Part shown: positions 52,736 to 62,444 of the stretch, one piece after another
How the letters are laid out: every line of letters starts with the position of its first letter
How positions within the stretch are numbered: position 1 is the stretch's first letter
DNA from: Calditrichota bacterium
Lineage (GTDB): Bacteria > Caldisericota > Caldisericia > UBA6126
Direction of reading: 5' to 3'
DNA length: 64,000 bases
NCBI GenBank assembly: GCA_036725105.1
Contig: DAIMET010000004.1
Location: 7,719 to 71,718, forward strand
Made by a program: the position numbers and the translations under genes
The notes under the pieces: model-generated
What the model saw: only the letters and a program-made list of their open reading frames with translations
What the model was told of the DNA's origin: nothing
Database searches by the model: none

Positions 52736-53296
52736 CTACCAGTTGTAGGGATCGAATTCGATGATATCACTCATGGATTTGACGACAGGGTTGCTATCTG
52801 GAGCAATTGGAAAAAGATACAGATTGCATCTGTAAATACCTTCTTCAGGACTGGCAGTGTATTTAGCAATGTAATGGACAGGTACATTGAGATCTTCAGT
52901 TTGTGAATCTTGAAACACTTTTTCCAATGCTTGGGCATCGTCAAAAATGAGAATGGAAATATTCTCGGATCTTTTTTCCAGTACCACCAGCTTTTTCACA
53001 AGATTTTTCGTTTTTTCACTTAGGTTTTCAAAATCTGATTCGAGAGGTGGAATCAAAACAAACAGGGTATCACCCTCATCGCTGCGCAAATGAGAAACCT
53101 GATGTACAATCTCGTAAGATGGAAATTGTATAGGGGTTAACAAGTATTCTTGTGTTTTTTCATCGTTATAAGAAACAACAGGTGGGGGTTTAACTGGATC
53201 AGATTGTATGTGAGAAGTTTTCTGAGGTAAACAGGACCCCATCGATACTACTACGAGTACTAGAAAAATAACAAGAAATGGATTTTGGGTTTTCAC
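52736..53296 (-). CDS. Hypothetical lipoprotein
   Basis: Probable GTG start at 53296 after GGAGGAG; hydrophobic signal ending in SMGSC (lipobox-like). Confidence 0.65.
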   Translation of the reverse strand: MKTQNPFLVIFLVLVVVSMGSCLPQKTSHIQSDPVKPPPVVSYNDEKTQEYLLTPIQFPSYEIVHQVSHLRSDEGDTLFVLIPPLESDFENLSEKTKNLVKKLVVLEKRSENISILIFDDAQALEKVFQDSQTEDLNVPVHYIAKYTASPEEGIYRCNLYLFPIAPDSNPVVKSMSDIIEFDPYNW

Positions 53297-54333
53297 TACT
53301 CCTCCTGGGGTTCGTAGGAAAAACGAATCTGGAATGTTAAGCTGCAATGGGAAGAAATACTATCTTCTAACGGGTGTATTGTAATTGTTGCAGTGTTTTC
53401 CCCGATTTCTAACTCGTTTGTATCAATATACATAGCAATACCCTTTTTACGGTTTGCTTTCACGGTATAGTCTTTCAAAAAACGAAGACATGAAGAGTCC
53501 GAAGAAAGTGTGAAATGAGCATCTTCCAGCCCAATATTTTCCATACTCACATATCGCTTTGTTTCTTTGTCGCGTTGAATTGTATCTAAGTCAATAACGG
53601 GAGGAAACGAAAGATAACCTTTGTCATTGTCAAAGGGGTCAGTGCAATATTCTAGCCAAACATTCCCAACAAACTCCCCTTCGATCTCAACCCAGACAAG
53701 TGCTTTCAGCAATGAAACATCGGCTTGGTTTTGTAGTTCGAATGTAACTGTTTTTTCACCATTTCCATCAATGGGAAACGTTTGACCATCCAATACATAA
53801 TTGCGGAAGTGAACACCATCTTGCAAGGTCGTATGTGAAACCAGTGCAAAATGAATTGTACCATCTACATTGTCAAGTAGGTCGTAACGAGCTGTGATTG
53901 TAAAATCATTTTCTGTGTGTTCTTCTTTAGCAGATAACTCGATTTTTTTCGTAAAGGAGAAGTTTTCAATGGTTTCGGATATTGTTTCGCATATAGAATC
54001 AGAGAATCCAATCCAGTGCTCAGTACCCTGAAGAACACAATGGGGGATACCCTGAACTTCGTATTGGGTTCTTCTGTCTTGAATAAAGGAGTTTTTGTTC
54101 ATGACATCAAAAGTTAAAAATTGAAAAGGTGGAATACCTGAATCGTATAATTCGACAATGACTTCATCCATCATTAAACACGGTGTGCACCAGCTTGCAG
54201 AGTATTTTTCCAAAACCGGTATTTGCGATTGTTCAATCCAGTTTTCCTTTTCATCAGCAGTGGCAGAGGAAGAAATGGAAAAAACTGACACGCAAAGAAG
54301 TGCAATGCAACAAACTGAAAGCCATTTTTTCAT
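53296..54333 (-). CDS. Exported thioredoxin-fold (Omp28-like) protein with a C-terminal Ig-like domain
   Basis: AGGAG RBS then ATG 54333; signal peptide; YSASWCTPC; YEVQGIP. Confidence 0.75.
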   Translation of the reverse strand: MKKWLSVCCIALLCVSVFSISSSATADEKENWIEQSQIPVLEKYSASWCTPCLMMDEVIVELYDSGIPPFQFLTFDVMNKNSFIQDRRTQYEVQGIPHCVLQGTEHWIGFSDSICETISETIENFSFTKKIELSAKEEHTENDFTITARYDLLDNVDGTIHFALVSHTTLQDGVHFRNYVLDGQTFPIDGNGEKTVTFELQNQADVSLLKALVWVEIEGEFVGNVWLEYCTDPFDNDKGYLSFPPVIDLDTIQRDKETKRYVSMENIGLEDAHFTLSSDSSCLRFLKDYTVKANRKKGIAMYIDTNELEIGENTATITIHPLEDSISSHCSLTFQIRFSYEPQEE

Positions 54334-54403
54334 AGTGGTTCTCCTATGTATTGGAAAGATGGTCAACAAATGCAAAAACATATATATGAATTATATGTGA
54401 AAC

Positions 54404-54850
54404 TTATATAGTGTCCATTGAAGGTAACTCGTTTAATATAGCCCAGAAAACACCAATGTATTTGACTGCTTCAAGAAAATCCTTGAAATTGACCGGTTTC
54501 ACAACGTATGCATTGACACCCAAAGCATAACATTTTTGTAGATCAGGTTCTTGTCTTGAAGAGGTGAGCATCACGATAGGAAGCAATTTATAAGAAGGAT
54601 TGCTTCGGATGGCTTCCAATACCTCTATACCACTCATGCGAGGCATTTTTATATCCAGGAGTAATACAACTGGATTACCTTTTTCCCGATCTTTGAACCG
54701 GCCTTCATAATTCAGATATTCCATCACTTCCACACCGTCATGAACAACAACCACTCGGTTTACTAGATTATATTCCTTTAATGCTTCTAAGGTCAATTCA
54801 ACATCTTGTGGATTATCTTCGGCTAGTAGTATTGTATCTAGTTCTTTCAT
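54404..54850 (-). CDS. Single-domain response regulator (Rcp1/CheY-like)
   Basis: LLAEDN, LLLDIKMP, MLTSS, YVVKP. Confidence 0.95.
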   Translation of the reverse strand: MKELDTILLAEDNPQDVELTLEALKEYNLVNRVVVVHDGVEVMEYLNYEGRFKDREKGNPVVLLLDIKMPRMSGIEVLEAIRSNPSYKLLPIVMLTSSRQEPDLQKCYALGVNAYVVKPVNFKDFLEAVKYIGVFWAILNELPSMDTI

Positions 54851-56688
54851 GATCGTTCCTTTCTATCTTTGGGGATACTAAAAAAGAAGGTTGCTCCATT
54901 GCCAGGCTCTGCTTCAGCCCATACCCTTCCATTGTGTTTATGTACAATCCGTTGCACACTAGCTAAACCAATGCCAGTACCTTCAAACTCTGTCTGTGTA
55001 TGAAGTCGCTGAAATACACCAAACAACTTGTGTGCGTATTTCATATCAAAACCAACCCCATTGTCACGAATAAAAAACACAAAATGAGTTTCATTCTCAT
55101 CGAAACCAATTCCAATTTTAGTTTTTTCTTTTTTACTCGTATACTTTACGGCATTGTCAATAAGATTTACCCATACTTGTTGCAAGAGGGTAGAATCACC
55201 GAACACTTGGGGTAACTCTTGTTTATTCCATACAATATCTCGCGAAGAAGTAGTTTGCTTGGTGTTTTCGATAACTTGGTCTACGAGTTCGTTCATATTG
55301 ATTCTTGTTTTTCTAAGTTCCTGGCGGCCCATTCTGGAGAATTGCAACAATTCATCGATCAAAATACCCATCTGCTTGGCTGCATTGGTGATAACAGATA
55401 GGTAACGCTGTGCTTCCTGAGGCAAATCAAGTGTGTATTTTTCTTGCAGCATCTCAACATAACCATGAATATGTCGAAGTGGTGCGCGTAAATCATGAGA
55501 AACAGAGTATGAAAAAGCTTCCAATTCTTTGTTGGAAAGCTCCAGTTTTCTTTTTTCTTCTTGGAGTTCTATTGCCAGATTGTTCAGATCTTCCACCATA
55601 TATAGCATAGCTTTTTCGCTTTTATGCAGTCTTTCTACTTTTTCGCGTAGTTCATTTGTACGATTTTCTACGATGATCTCTAGTTTCGTCTTCAGCTCAT
55701 TGAGTTCAGAAGCAGACTGTTTTATTCCTGTAACATCCAGATAGCAACCCTCAATCCTGATGGGATTATTCTGATCATCTCGTATCAATCGAGCGCTTGC
55801 TAAAATAGACATGAAATCTCCAGTAGCAGTTCTTGCATCAATTTCGTAATGTCGAATGCTTCCACATTCTAAAAGTTTTTTTAAATAAGTCTCACGGTCT
55901 ATGGGGTTTTGCCAGAACTGATCAATTTGGATTCCCCTGTGGTCTTCTTTGGGGTCAAGGTTAAAGATGCGAGTAAACTCGATATTGTAGTCCAATAGAA
56001 TTCCATCAATACTAACACTGTTAAATCCTTCCATCAAATTTTTTATCATGCTGCGGTATTCTTCTTCACTCTTTTTGAGAGATTTCGTGGAAATATTGTA
56101 TTCAAGATGAAGGAAAAATATAATAGCTACCAACATCACAATCGATGTTCCCGCAAAACCAATAGCCACGTCTTGCACAATACCTGTAATAAAGGCTAAT
56201 GTTAAAATATCCGTAAATACAGCTAACAAAACGAGCCAGAAATAGCTAGTTTGAGCAAAATTAATAAATGTTTTGCGTTTAAAAAGTACGATGAATGTAA
56301 GGATTAATGCGGTAAAAAATTGAACTAAAACCCCTGGAGAAGGACCCAGGTTTATATCAAAAAATGGCAATGCACCATAAATGATAATGATTATACTTCC
56401 AAGATAGATATGGCGCCACTGAATGGCATTGAAATAAAGCAGTGCACCAAAAAAAATCCACAAAGTACCAAGACTTGCGAACAAGCTAGTAAAGTATGAA
56501 TCCATTGTACCCGATGAAACATATGTATATAAGCCCCATGCAGAACTCATAGTTACACACAACCATCCTGCCATAAGAAGGATATATATCTTTTCTCGTT
56601 TTTGAAGGTAAAGATGGAGAAAGATGAAGATTGCCATCAAACGAATTCCCACCAAAAGTAGAAGACTTACAACCAAAGAATCAATCAT
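54847..56688 (-). CDS. Membrane sensor histidine kinase (about 7 TM + PAS + HisKA + HATPase)
   Basis: ELEAFSYSVSHDLRAPLR H-box; NLIDNAVKY; DNGVGF; FQRLH; GTGIGLA. Confidence 0.95.
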   Translation of the reverse strand: MIDSLVVSLLLLVGIRLMAIFIFLHLYLQKREKIYILLMAGWLCVTMSSAWGLYTYVSSGTMDSYFTSLFASLGTLWIFFGALLYFNAIQWRHIYLGSIIIIIYGALPFFDINLGPSPGVLVQFFTALILTFIVLFKRKTFINFAQTSYFWLVLLAVFTDILTLAFITGIVQDVAIGFAGTSIVMLVAIIFFLHLEYNISTKSLKKSEEEYRSMIKNLMEGFNSVSIDGILLDYNIEFTRIFNLDPKEDHRGIQIDQFWQNPIDRETYLKKLLECGSIRHYEIDARTATGDFMSILASARLIRDDQNNPIRIEGCYLDVTGIKQSASELNELKTKLEIIVENRTNELREKVERLHKSEKAMLYMVEDLNNLAIELQEEKRKLELSNKELEAFSYSVSHDLRAPLRHIHGYVEMLQEKYTLDLPQEAQRYLSVITNAAKQMGILIDELLQFSRMGRQELRKTRINMNELVDQVIENTKQTTSSRDIVWNKQELPQVFGDSTLLQQVWVNLIDNAVKYTSKKEKTKIGIGFDENETHFVFFIRDNGVGFDMKYAHKLFGVFQRLHTQTEFEGTGIGLASVQRIVHKHNGRVWAEAEPGNGATFFFSIPKDRKERS

Positions 56689-58105
56689 TGGATTCCTCTA
56701 AAAAAGCTAAATTTTCATGATTATCAAGTTTGCCTTTCAGTTGTTTAATTTCTTCTCGTAGTTCATTCATGCGAATCTCTCGATTGATGGTAGCATCGTG
56801 AAACCTTTCAAGTTCAGACAATCGTTCCTGCAATTCTTTAGTCTTTTCTTCTACTTCTTTTTGTAGCTTATCTTTAAGTTTCTGTAACTCTGCTTCAGCC
56901 TGTTTGCTTTTATTGATGTCTTGAAAAGACCCTTCTACTCGTACTATTTTTCCATTCTCATCTTTCACCGCTTTACCAATAGTACGTATCCAAAGCCTCT
57001 TCCCCGTTGAAGTGATAATCTCCATTTCTTCATTATAAGGAATACCACTATGAGCACATTTATTGTAAACTTGAGTGATTTTGTCTCTCCACTGGGGTGC
57101 ATAAAAATGAATACCTTCTTCAACAGAAGGGGAGTATCCATGAGGCATCTCATGAATATCTGCTACAGTGTTTGACCAAGTGTGAATGTTTTTTTCTAAA
57201 TCGACACTCCATCCCCCAAAGCTTGCAGATTCTCCAGCAATCTCTAAAAGTACATAACTTTCTTTAAGTTTTTGAGTAGTCCATACTTGTTTTTTTAGAA
57301 TTTGTACAACAAGAACTCCAGCTATTAAAAAAACGACTAGATACAAGTATCTCATAAACAATACATGAGAGTGAGGATTAATAAAAGCAATTTCCCAAAA
57401 TGATTGATTTTGCTCATTAAAGATGGAATACGTTACGATACTGTCAATGAACCAAATGATGAAGCTTATAAGTATTGACAAAGCATAAATTGCATTGATT
57501 GTACGAGCCACAGGAAGCTTTTTCAATTGTAGTAACCTTCGCACAATAGATAGATGAAGAAAGACATGAGCTAGCAACAGTAGCAAATATGCTGTTATTG
57601 TATGCTTGATAGCTACCAAAACAACCCAATCAAAAGATACGTAATTCCATGTAATAGAAGGATCCCAGAAAGGAGGATTTTGAGCCACAAGCCAACGAAA
57701 GATTGTAAAAAAACCGATTTCAATAAGAATTCGAAATGGGATCTCTGCAACAAATTCTGAATAATACCAAGGATATGAATCTAGTGTTTGCCGTTTTTCT
57801 GCCCAATACCCATGCCATACTATCCATAAAGTGAAGACTGGTACGGCATATAAAAAACCATATCCATCGGTACTCCATAGCCACCACATTGCTTGACATC
57901 CACCTGCCAAAGCAGATAGTAGGCCATATCGCCAACCCCAAGCAAGTGCGATAAGAAGAGGAAAGAGAAGTCCTAATAGAATACTTACTTTAAACAGGCT
58001 CGAATCTATCAACTGTATATCAATGAAATTAACTGCAAATCCAATCAATCCGAAAAGAATAGAGAGGAATATGCGGTATACTGTGGTCTTTTGAATGATT
58101 GTCAT
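56681..58105 (-). CDS. Multi-TM + PAS sensor with a coiled-coil tail and no output domain
   Basis: TM region, PAS/PAC (WIRTIGKAV..GSFQDI), ends ELERFHDATINREIRMNELREEI. Confidence 0.85.
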   Translation of the reverse strand: MTIIQKTTVYRIFLSILFGLIGFAVNFIDIQLIDSSLFKVSILLGLLFPLLIALAWGWRYGLLSALAGGCQAMWWLWSTDGYGFLYAVPVFTLWIVWHGYWAEKRQTLDSYPWYYSEFVAEIPFRILIEIGFFTIFRWLVAQNPPFWDPSITWNYVSFDWVVLVAIKHTITAYLLLLLAHVFLHLSIVRRLLQLKKLPVARTINAIYALSILISFIIWFIDSIVTYSIFNEQNQSFWEIAFINPHSHVLFMRYLYLVVFLIAGVLVVQILKKQVWTTQKLKESYVLLEIAGESASFGGWSVDLEKNIHTWSNTVADIHEMPHGYSPSVEEGIHFYAPQWRDKITQVYNKCAHSGIPYNEEMEIITSTGKRLWIRTIGKAVKDENGKIVRVEGSFQDINKSKQAEAELQKLKDKLQKEVEEKTKELQERLSELERFHDATINREIRMNELREEIKQLKGKLDNHENLAFLEESND

Positions 58106-60489
58106 TTCTGATTCCGCTTTAACTGTTCAATTTCTTCTCGAAGTTCTTTGATGCGAAATTCTCTTTGTATTGTAGCGTCATGAAATCTTTCTAATTCAGA
58201 AACACGTTCATTCAGGGCCTGGGTCTTTTCAGCAATCTTTTTTTCTAATTGATCGTTAAGTTTGAGAAGCTCCTTCTCCGCTATTTTACGCGTAACTATT
58301 TCCCCAATCAAATTGGCAGAAGCTTGTAATCGATCTTTTGCAATTTCAATAATATATGGGGGACGGGATTTGTATTCCTTTGCCTTTTTCAACAATTCCT
58401 CTAGTGGAACTCTGTATTTATCTGCAAGTTTTTCAAGAGTTTCTTTGTCTCTTGGTGGATCACCATACCCAAAGTTGATTGCTCCAACTACTTCTTTACC
58501 AGCAAAAATTGGTACAGCATACATATGGATTCCACCTGCGCACTCGATGTCAGAAGGCTTGCCAGTACTCATTGCTACTTTTGCTGAATCTTTCCAGCAC
58601 GATTCATGACAAAGCCATTTCCCGCAATGCAGTGCTTCTTTATTGTCATCCGTCCCACACAATCCTCGAGAAGCCTGGTCCATAAACTGACACCAACTGG
58701 AAGCAAAAATACCCAAAGCATAATCCCCATTTTTTTCGTAAATTGCTGAGGATGTTTCAAGTAATCCCAAAAAGTCACCAGCAATATCTTTGAGAACATC
58801 TTGTCCAACAGCATCAAGAATCAATCTACAGTTATTTAATTCTGAAAGGTCGCCATACAAAGGAGTTGGGCTTTCCTCTTCTTCAGCTGTTTTTTTACTC
58901 AGCATCCATTCAATCCGCCTTAACTCTTCCTCCGCTTGATACCGTTCTGTAATATCTCTGTTGACAACTATTGCTCCTTCTATATTCCCTTGATCATCAA
59001 GGATGGGGGCAGTATAGTTTACGATTATTTTAGTGAATCCATCGAAAGCATCAATTTCTAGAAGCTCATCAACGATGGTCGAGCCATCATTAACAGTATG
59101 TGCCAATGCCCAATCATTGGGTTTAATCTCTTCTCCAGAGGGCAAACGTCTGGCTTTGAATACACCGTATTCACTTTGACAAACCTTCGGTTCCATTCCC
59201 CAAATCTTCACCCCAGCTGGGTTACCTTGCAAAAGCGTTCCATTTTCATCTGCAATCCATAAACCGATGGGAAGTATGTCAAAGACTTTCTGGAAAAGGT
59301 TTTCACTTTTTCTTAATGCTTCCTCAGCCATTTTGCGGTCTGTGATATCTCGCACCCATTCCATGAACATTACGACGTTGTTATCTTCATCTAGAAATGG
59401 GATTACACGAATGTCATGCCAAGTTCCATCGGGTAGCTGAGCTTCCCTCCTAAAGGCTTTTCGAGTTTCTAGAACTGATTTTGCAAGACAATCGGGGCAT
59501 ATTTTATCCAGGTTACGATAGGTTTTATAACATTTGGTGTTTGCCTTTTGTCTGTTCTCAGGAACTGCTGCAAAACCCTGCCAATTGCTGTAGAGAATAT
59601 CCATGTCAGGGCTATGAATAGAAATCATGTCAGGAACAACTCCCAACATTTTTTGGAATCTTTGCTCACTTTCTGTAAGTAATTCTTCAGCTCGTTTACG
59701 TTCAGTGATGTTCATCACTAGACCGCGAACACTCAAGGGTTTGCCTTGTAAATCTCTTTCTACAATTGCTCCAATATCATAAAACCATAAGTATTTTCCT
59801 TCGCTATTTTTTATTCTGTACTCGACTTCGTATTTATCAAGCGAACCCTCAAGGTGTTTCCGCATTGTAATCATTGCTTTTTCATTGTCGTCTGGATGAA
59901 CCAATGCCATGAAATCTTTGTAATGTTTAAATTTTTCAGGAGCATAGGCTAACATTTCAGCTTTCTTTTTAGAAAACATAACTTGCCCCGTAGAAACATC
60001 CATTTCCCACCATGCCATATTGGCAACTGTCATAGCGAGATCAAGACGTGAATTGTTCTTTTTTATCTCTTCTTCTATCTTTTTTCGATCGGTGATATCT
60101 TCTGCAACACCTTCAATCCAACCTTTGTCGGTATAGATCCTGGCAGAATATCGTGCCCAGAAAATCGATTTATCCTTGCGATAGAAACGAGCTTCAAAGT
60201 TTTTGATGAAGCCTTTCTCTTTGATGATTTCCAGCATTTTTTCCCGAGTACCCTCATCTACATAGTTTTCAGAAGTTATGTATTCTGAGAGAAACTTTTC
60301 CCTATCGTCATATCCAAACATTTTCGCCAGCTGCTCATTGCTTTCCAGTATTTTACCATCATGAATTCTGGTTCGGAACAAACCCACTTGAGCATTTTGA
60401 AACAAATTGCGATAGGTTTTCTCGCTCTCTTGGATTCTTTGTAACAATTTTTCTAGGTCTTCGGCTTTTTGAATACTCATATAGACCAT
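58102..60489 (-). CDS. Cytoplasmic multi-PAS + PocR sensor with a coiled-coil tail and no output domain
   Basis: Four PAS/PAC units ending DITDR/NITER; PocR-like SSWCQF..CHESC..ECAGG; ends ELERFHDATIQREFRIKELREEI. Confidence 0.85.
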   Translation of the reverse strand: MVYMSIQKAEDLEKLLQRIQESEKTYRNLFQNAQVGLFRTRIHDGKILESNEQLAKMFGYDDREKFLSEYITSENYVDEGTREKMLEIIKEKGFIKNFEARFYRKDKSIFWARYSARIYTDKGWIEGVAEDITDRKKIEEEIKKNNSRLDLAMTVANMAWWEMDVSTGQVMFSKKKAEMLAYAPEKFKHYKDFMALVHPDDNEKAMITMRKHLEGSLDKYEVEYRIKNSEGKYLWFYDIGAIVERDLQGKPLSVRGLVMNITERKRAEELLTESEQRFQKMLGVVPDMISIHSPDMDILYSNWQGFAAVPENRQKANTKCYKTYRNLDKICPDCLAKSVLETRKAFRREAQLPDGTWHDIRVIPFLDEDNNVVMFMEWVRDITDRKMAEEALRKSENLFQKVFDILPIGLWIADENGTLLQGNPAGVKIWGMEPKVCQSEYGVFKARRLPSGEEIKPNDWALAHTVNDGSTIVDELLEIDAFDGFTKIIVNYTAPILDDQGNIEGAIVVNRDITERYQAEEELRRIEWMLSKKTAEEEESPTPLYGDLSELNNCRLILDAVGQDVLKDIAGDFLGLLETSSAIYEKNGDYALGIFASSWCQFMDQASRGLCGTDDNKEALHCGKWLCHESCWKDSAKVAMSTGKPSDIECAGGIHMYAVPIFAGKEVVGAINFGYGDPPRDKETLEKLADKYRVPLEELLKKAKEYKSRPPYIIEIAKDRLQASANLIGEIVTRKIAEKELLKLNDQLEKKIAEKTQALNERVSELERFHDATIQREFRIKELREEIEQLKRNQK

Positions 60490-60620
60490 CCTTCACAATG
60501 GATGCACAATACAAAAGCAGAAATCAAAAAAACTACCTACACCTACCATCGACAGGTATATTTTAACAGTATAGCATTTGATGGATATGAAATAAATGTT
60601 TTAATATCAATGGCAAGCAT

Positions 60621-62444
60621 TTATATTTGTTTCTGGTAGGCTTTTTGGTGGAGCTGGTAATAGAATCCCTTTTTCACCATTAACTCTTTGTGGGTGCCTC
60701 TTTCAATAATTTCTCCATGATCAATTACAAGAATTAAATCGGATTTACGTATGGTACTTAGTCGGTGCGCAATCACAAAACTGGTTCGTCCTTTCATTAG
60801 CTTCAGTAAAGCTTCTTGAATATGCATCTCGGTGCGAGTATCCACGCTACTGGTGGCTTCGTCTAAGATCAAGATTGGTGGATCTGCTAATATAGCCCGT
60901 GCGATGGAAAGAAGTTGTCTTTGTCCTTCGCTAATATTCCCACCATCTTCGGATAGGATTGTATGGTAGCCATCGGGCAGATGATTAATAAAATGATGAG
61001 CATTGGCCATTTTTGCAGCTGCTTTCACTTCATCATCAGTGGCATTCAACCGACCATAGCGAATGTTTTCAAGAACCGATTCAGAAAACAAATGAGTATC
61101 TTGCAATACAATGGCCAAAGAATTACGCAAAGATTCTCTTTGAATGGCCTGAAGGTTGTGGCCATCAATATGAATGGATCCTTCCTGAATATCATAAAAT
61201 CGGGTTAACAGATTCACAATGGTCGTTTTTCCTGCTCCTGTAGGACCCACCAGTGCAATGCTTTGGCCGGGCTTTGCAGAAAAAGTAATGTGTTTCAGGA
61301 CAGGATCGGAAGGGTCGTATCCAAAAGTGACATCGGAAAACTCCACGTGTCCTTTTACATTGTCAAGTATATAAGCATTCTCGGGATCGGCAGGTTCAGG
61401 TGCTTCGTCCAGCACCTGGAATACCCTTTCTGCTCCTGCCACCGCAGATTGAATCATAGTAAACTGGTTAGCCATTTCTGCTAGGGGTCTTGTAAATTGC
61501 CTGGTGTAGTTGACAAAACTGGCTATGACTCCGACTGTAATCATCTGGGACAAGACCATCCAACCTCCTACCCCGGCGACAATGGCAAAACTTAAATTAT
61601 TCAACACGCCCATAATAGGGGGGACAATGCCTGCAAATATTTGTGCTTTTATCCCCACCTTGCGCAGTTCCTGGTTTTCAACAGACATTTCTGAAATCAC
61701 TGCTTGTTCATGATTAAACACTGTGACAACTTTTTGTCCCGTGATGGTTTCTTCTATCATTCCGTTAATCTTTCCAAGGTATTGCTGCTGCTGAAGAAAA
61801 TACGTTTTGGTTTTTGATGCAATGAATGTGGTAGTAATGAGCATGATGGGAAGAATAATAAGAGAAAATGCAGTCAGAAGAGGACTTAACACAAGCATCA
61901 TGATTACTGTACCCACTACCGTTAGCAAACTAGTAATAAACTGAGTTACCGTAGAGTTGAGTGTATTACTGATATTCTCTATATCATTGGTCACTCTGCT
62001 CATGATATCCCCTTTGGAGTGAGTATCAAAATAACCAATAGGAAGTGTCTGCAATGTATGAAAAATATCTTTTCGCAAAGCCATAACAGTATTTTGTGCA
62101 ATCTCAATCATAAGAACATTTTGTAACCAATAAAACAGCGATCTAGAAAGGTATACAAGAAGCATAATCACCAAGATTCCTGCCAATCCGGTAAAGTCTG
62201 CGGGAATAATGTATCGGTCTATGGCGGTTCCAATTAAAAAAGGTCCTGCGATCACTGCACCGGAAGCAAGAATGACAAGCAAAACAACCCAATAGAATTG
62301 AACCCTGAATACTGCCATATATTTCCATAATCGCTTCAGAGTAACACCAATATTTTTGGGCTTGTCGCCTACACCCATCATGCCACGACCTTTTCCAAAT
62401 CCAGGTTGGAAGGTAGATTGTTGACTGACTTTTTTATTCTTCAT
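60621..62444 (-). CDS. ABC exporter subunit (TM288-like, consensus Walker B/H-loop)
   Basis: GPTGAGKTT, ISEGQRQ, ILILDEATS, IAHR. Confidence 0.95.
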   Translation of the reverse strand: MKNKKVSQQSTFQPGFGKGRGMMGVGDKPKNIGVTLKRLWKYMAVFRVQFYWVVLLVILASGAVIAGPFLIGTAIDRYIIPADFTGLAGILVIMLLVYLSRSLFYWLQNVLMIEIAQNTVMALRKDIFHTLQTLPIGYFDTHSKGDIMSRVTNDIENISNTLNSTVTQFITSLLTVVGTVIMMLVLSPLLTAFSLIILPIMLITTTFIASKTKTYFLQQQQYLGKINGMIEETITGQKVVTVFNHEQAVISEMSVENQELRKVGIKAQIFAGIVPPIMGVLNNLSFAIVAGVGGWMVLSQMITVGVIASFVNYTRQFTRPLAEMANQFTMIQSAVAGAERVFQVLDEAPEPADPENAYILDNVKGHVEFSDVTFGYDPSDPVLKHITFSAKPGQSIALVGPTGAGKTTIVNLLTRFYDIQEGSIHIDGHNLQAIQRESLRNSLAIVLQDTHLFSESVLENIRYGRLNATDDEVKAAAKMANAHHFINHLPDGYHTILSEDGGNISEGQRQLLSIARAILADPPILILDEATSSVDTRTEMHIQEALLKLMKGRTSFVIAHRLSTIRKSDLILVIDHGEIIERGTHKELMVKKGFYYQLHQKAYQKQI

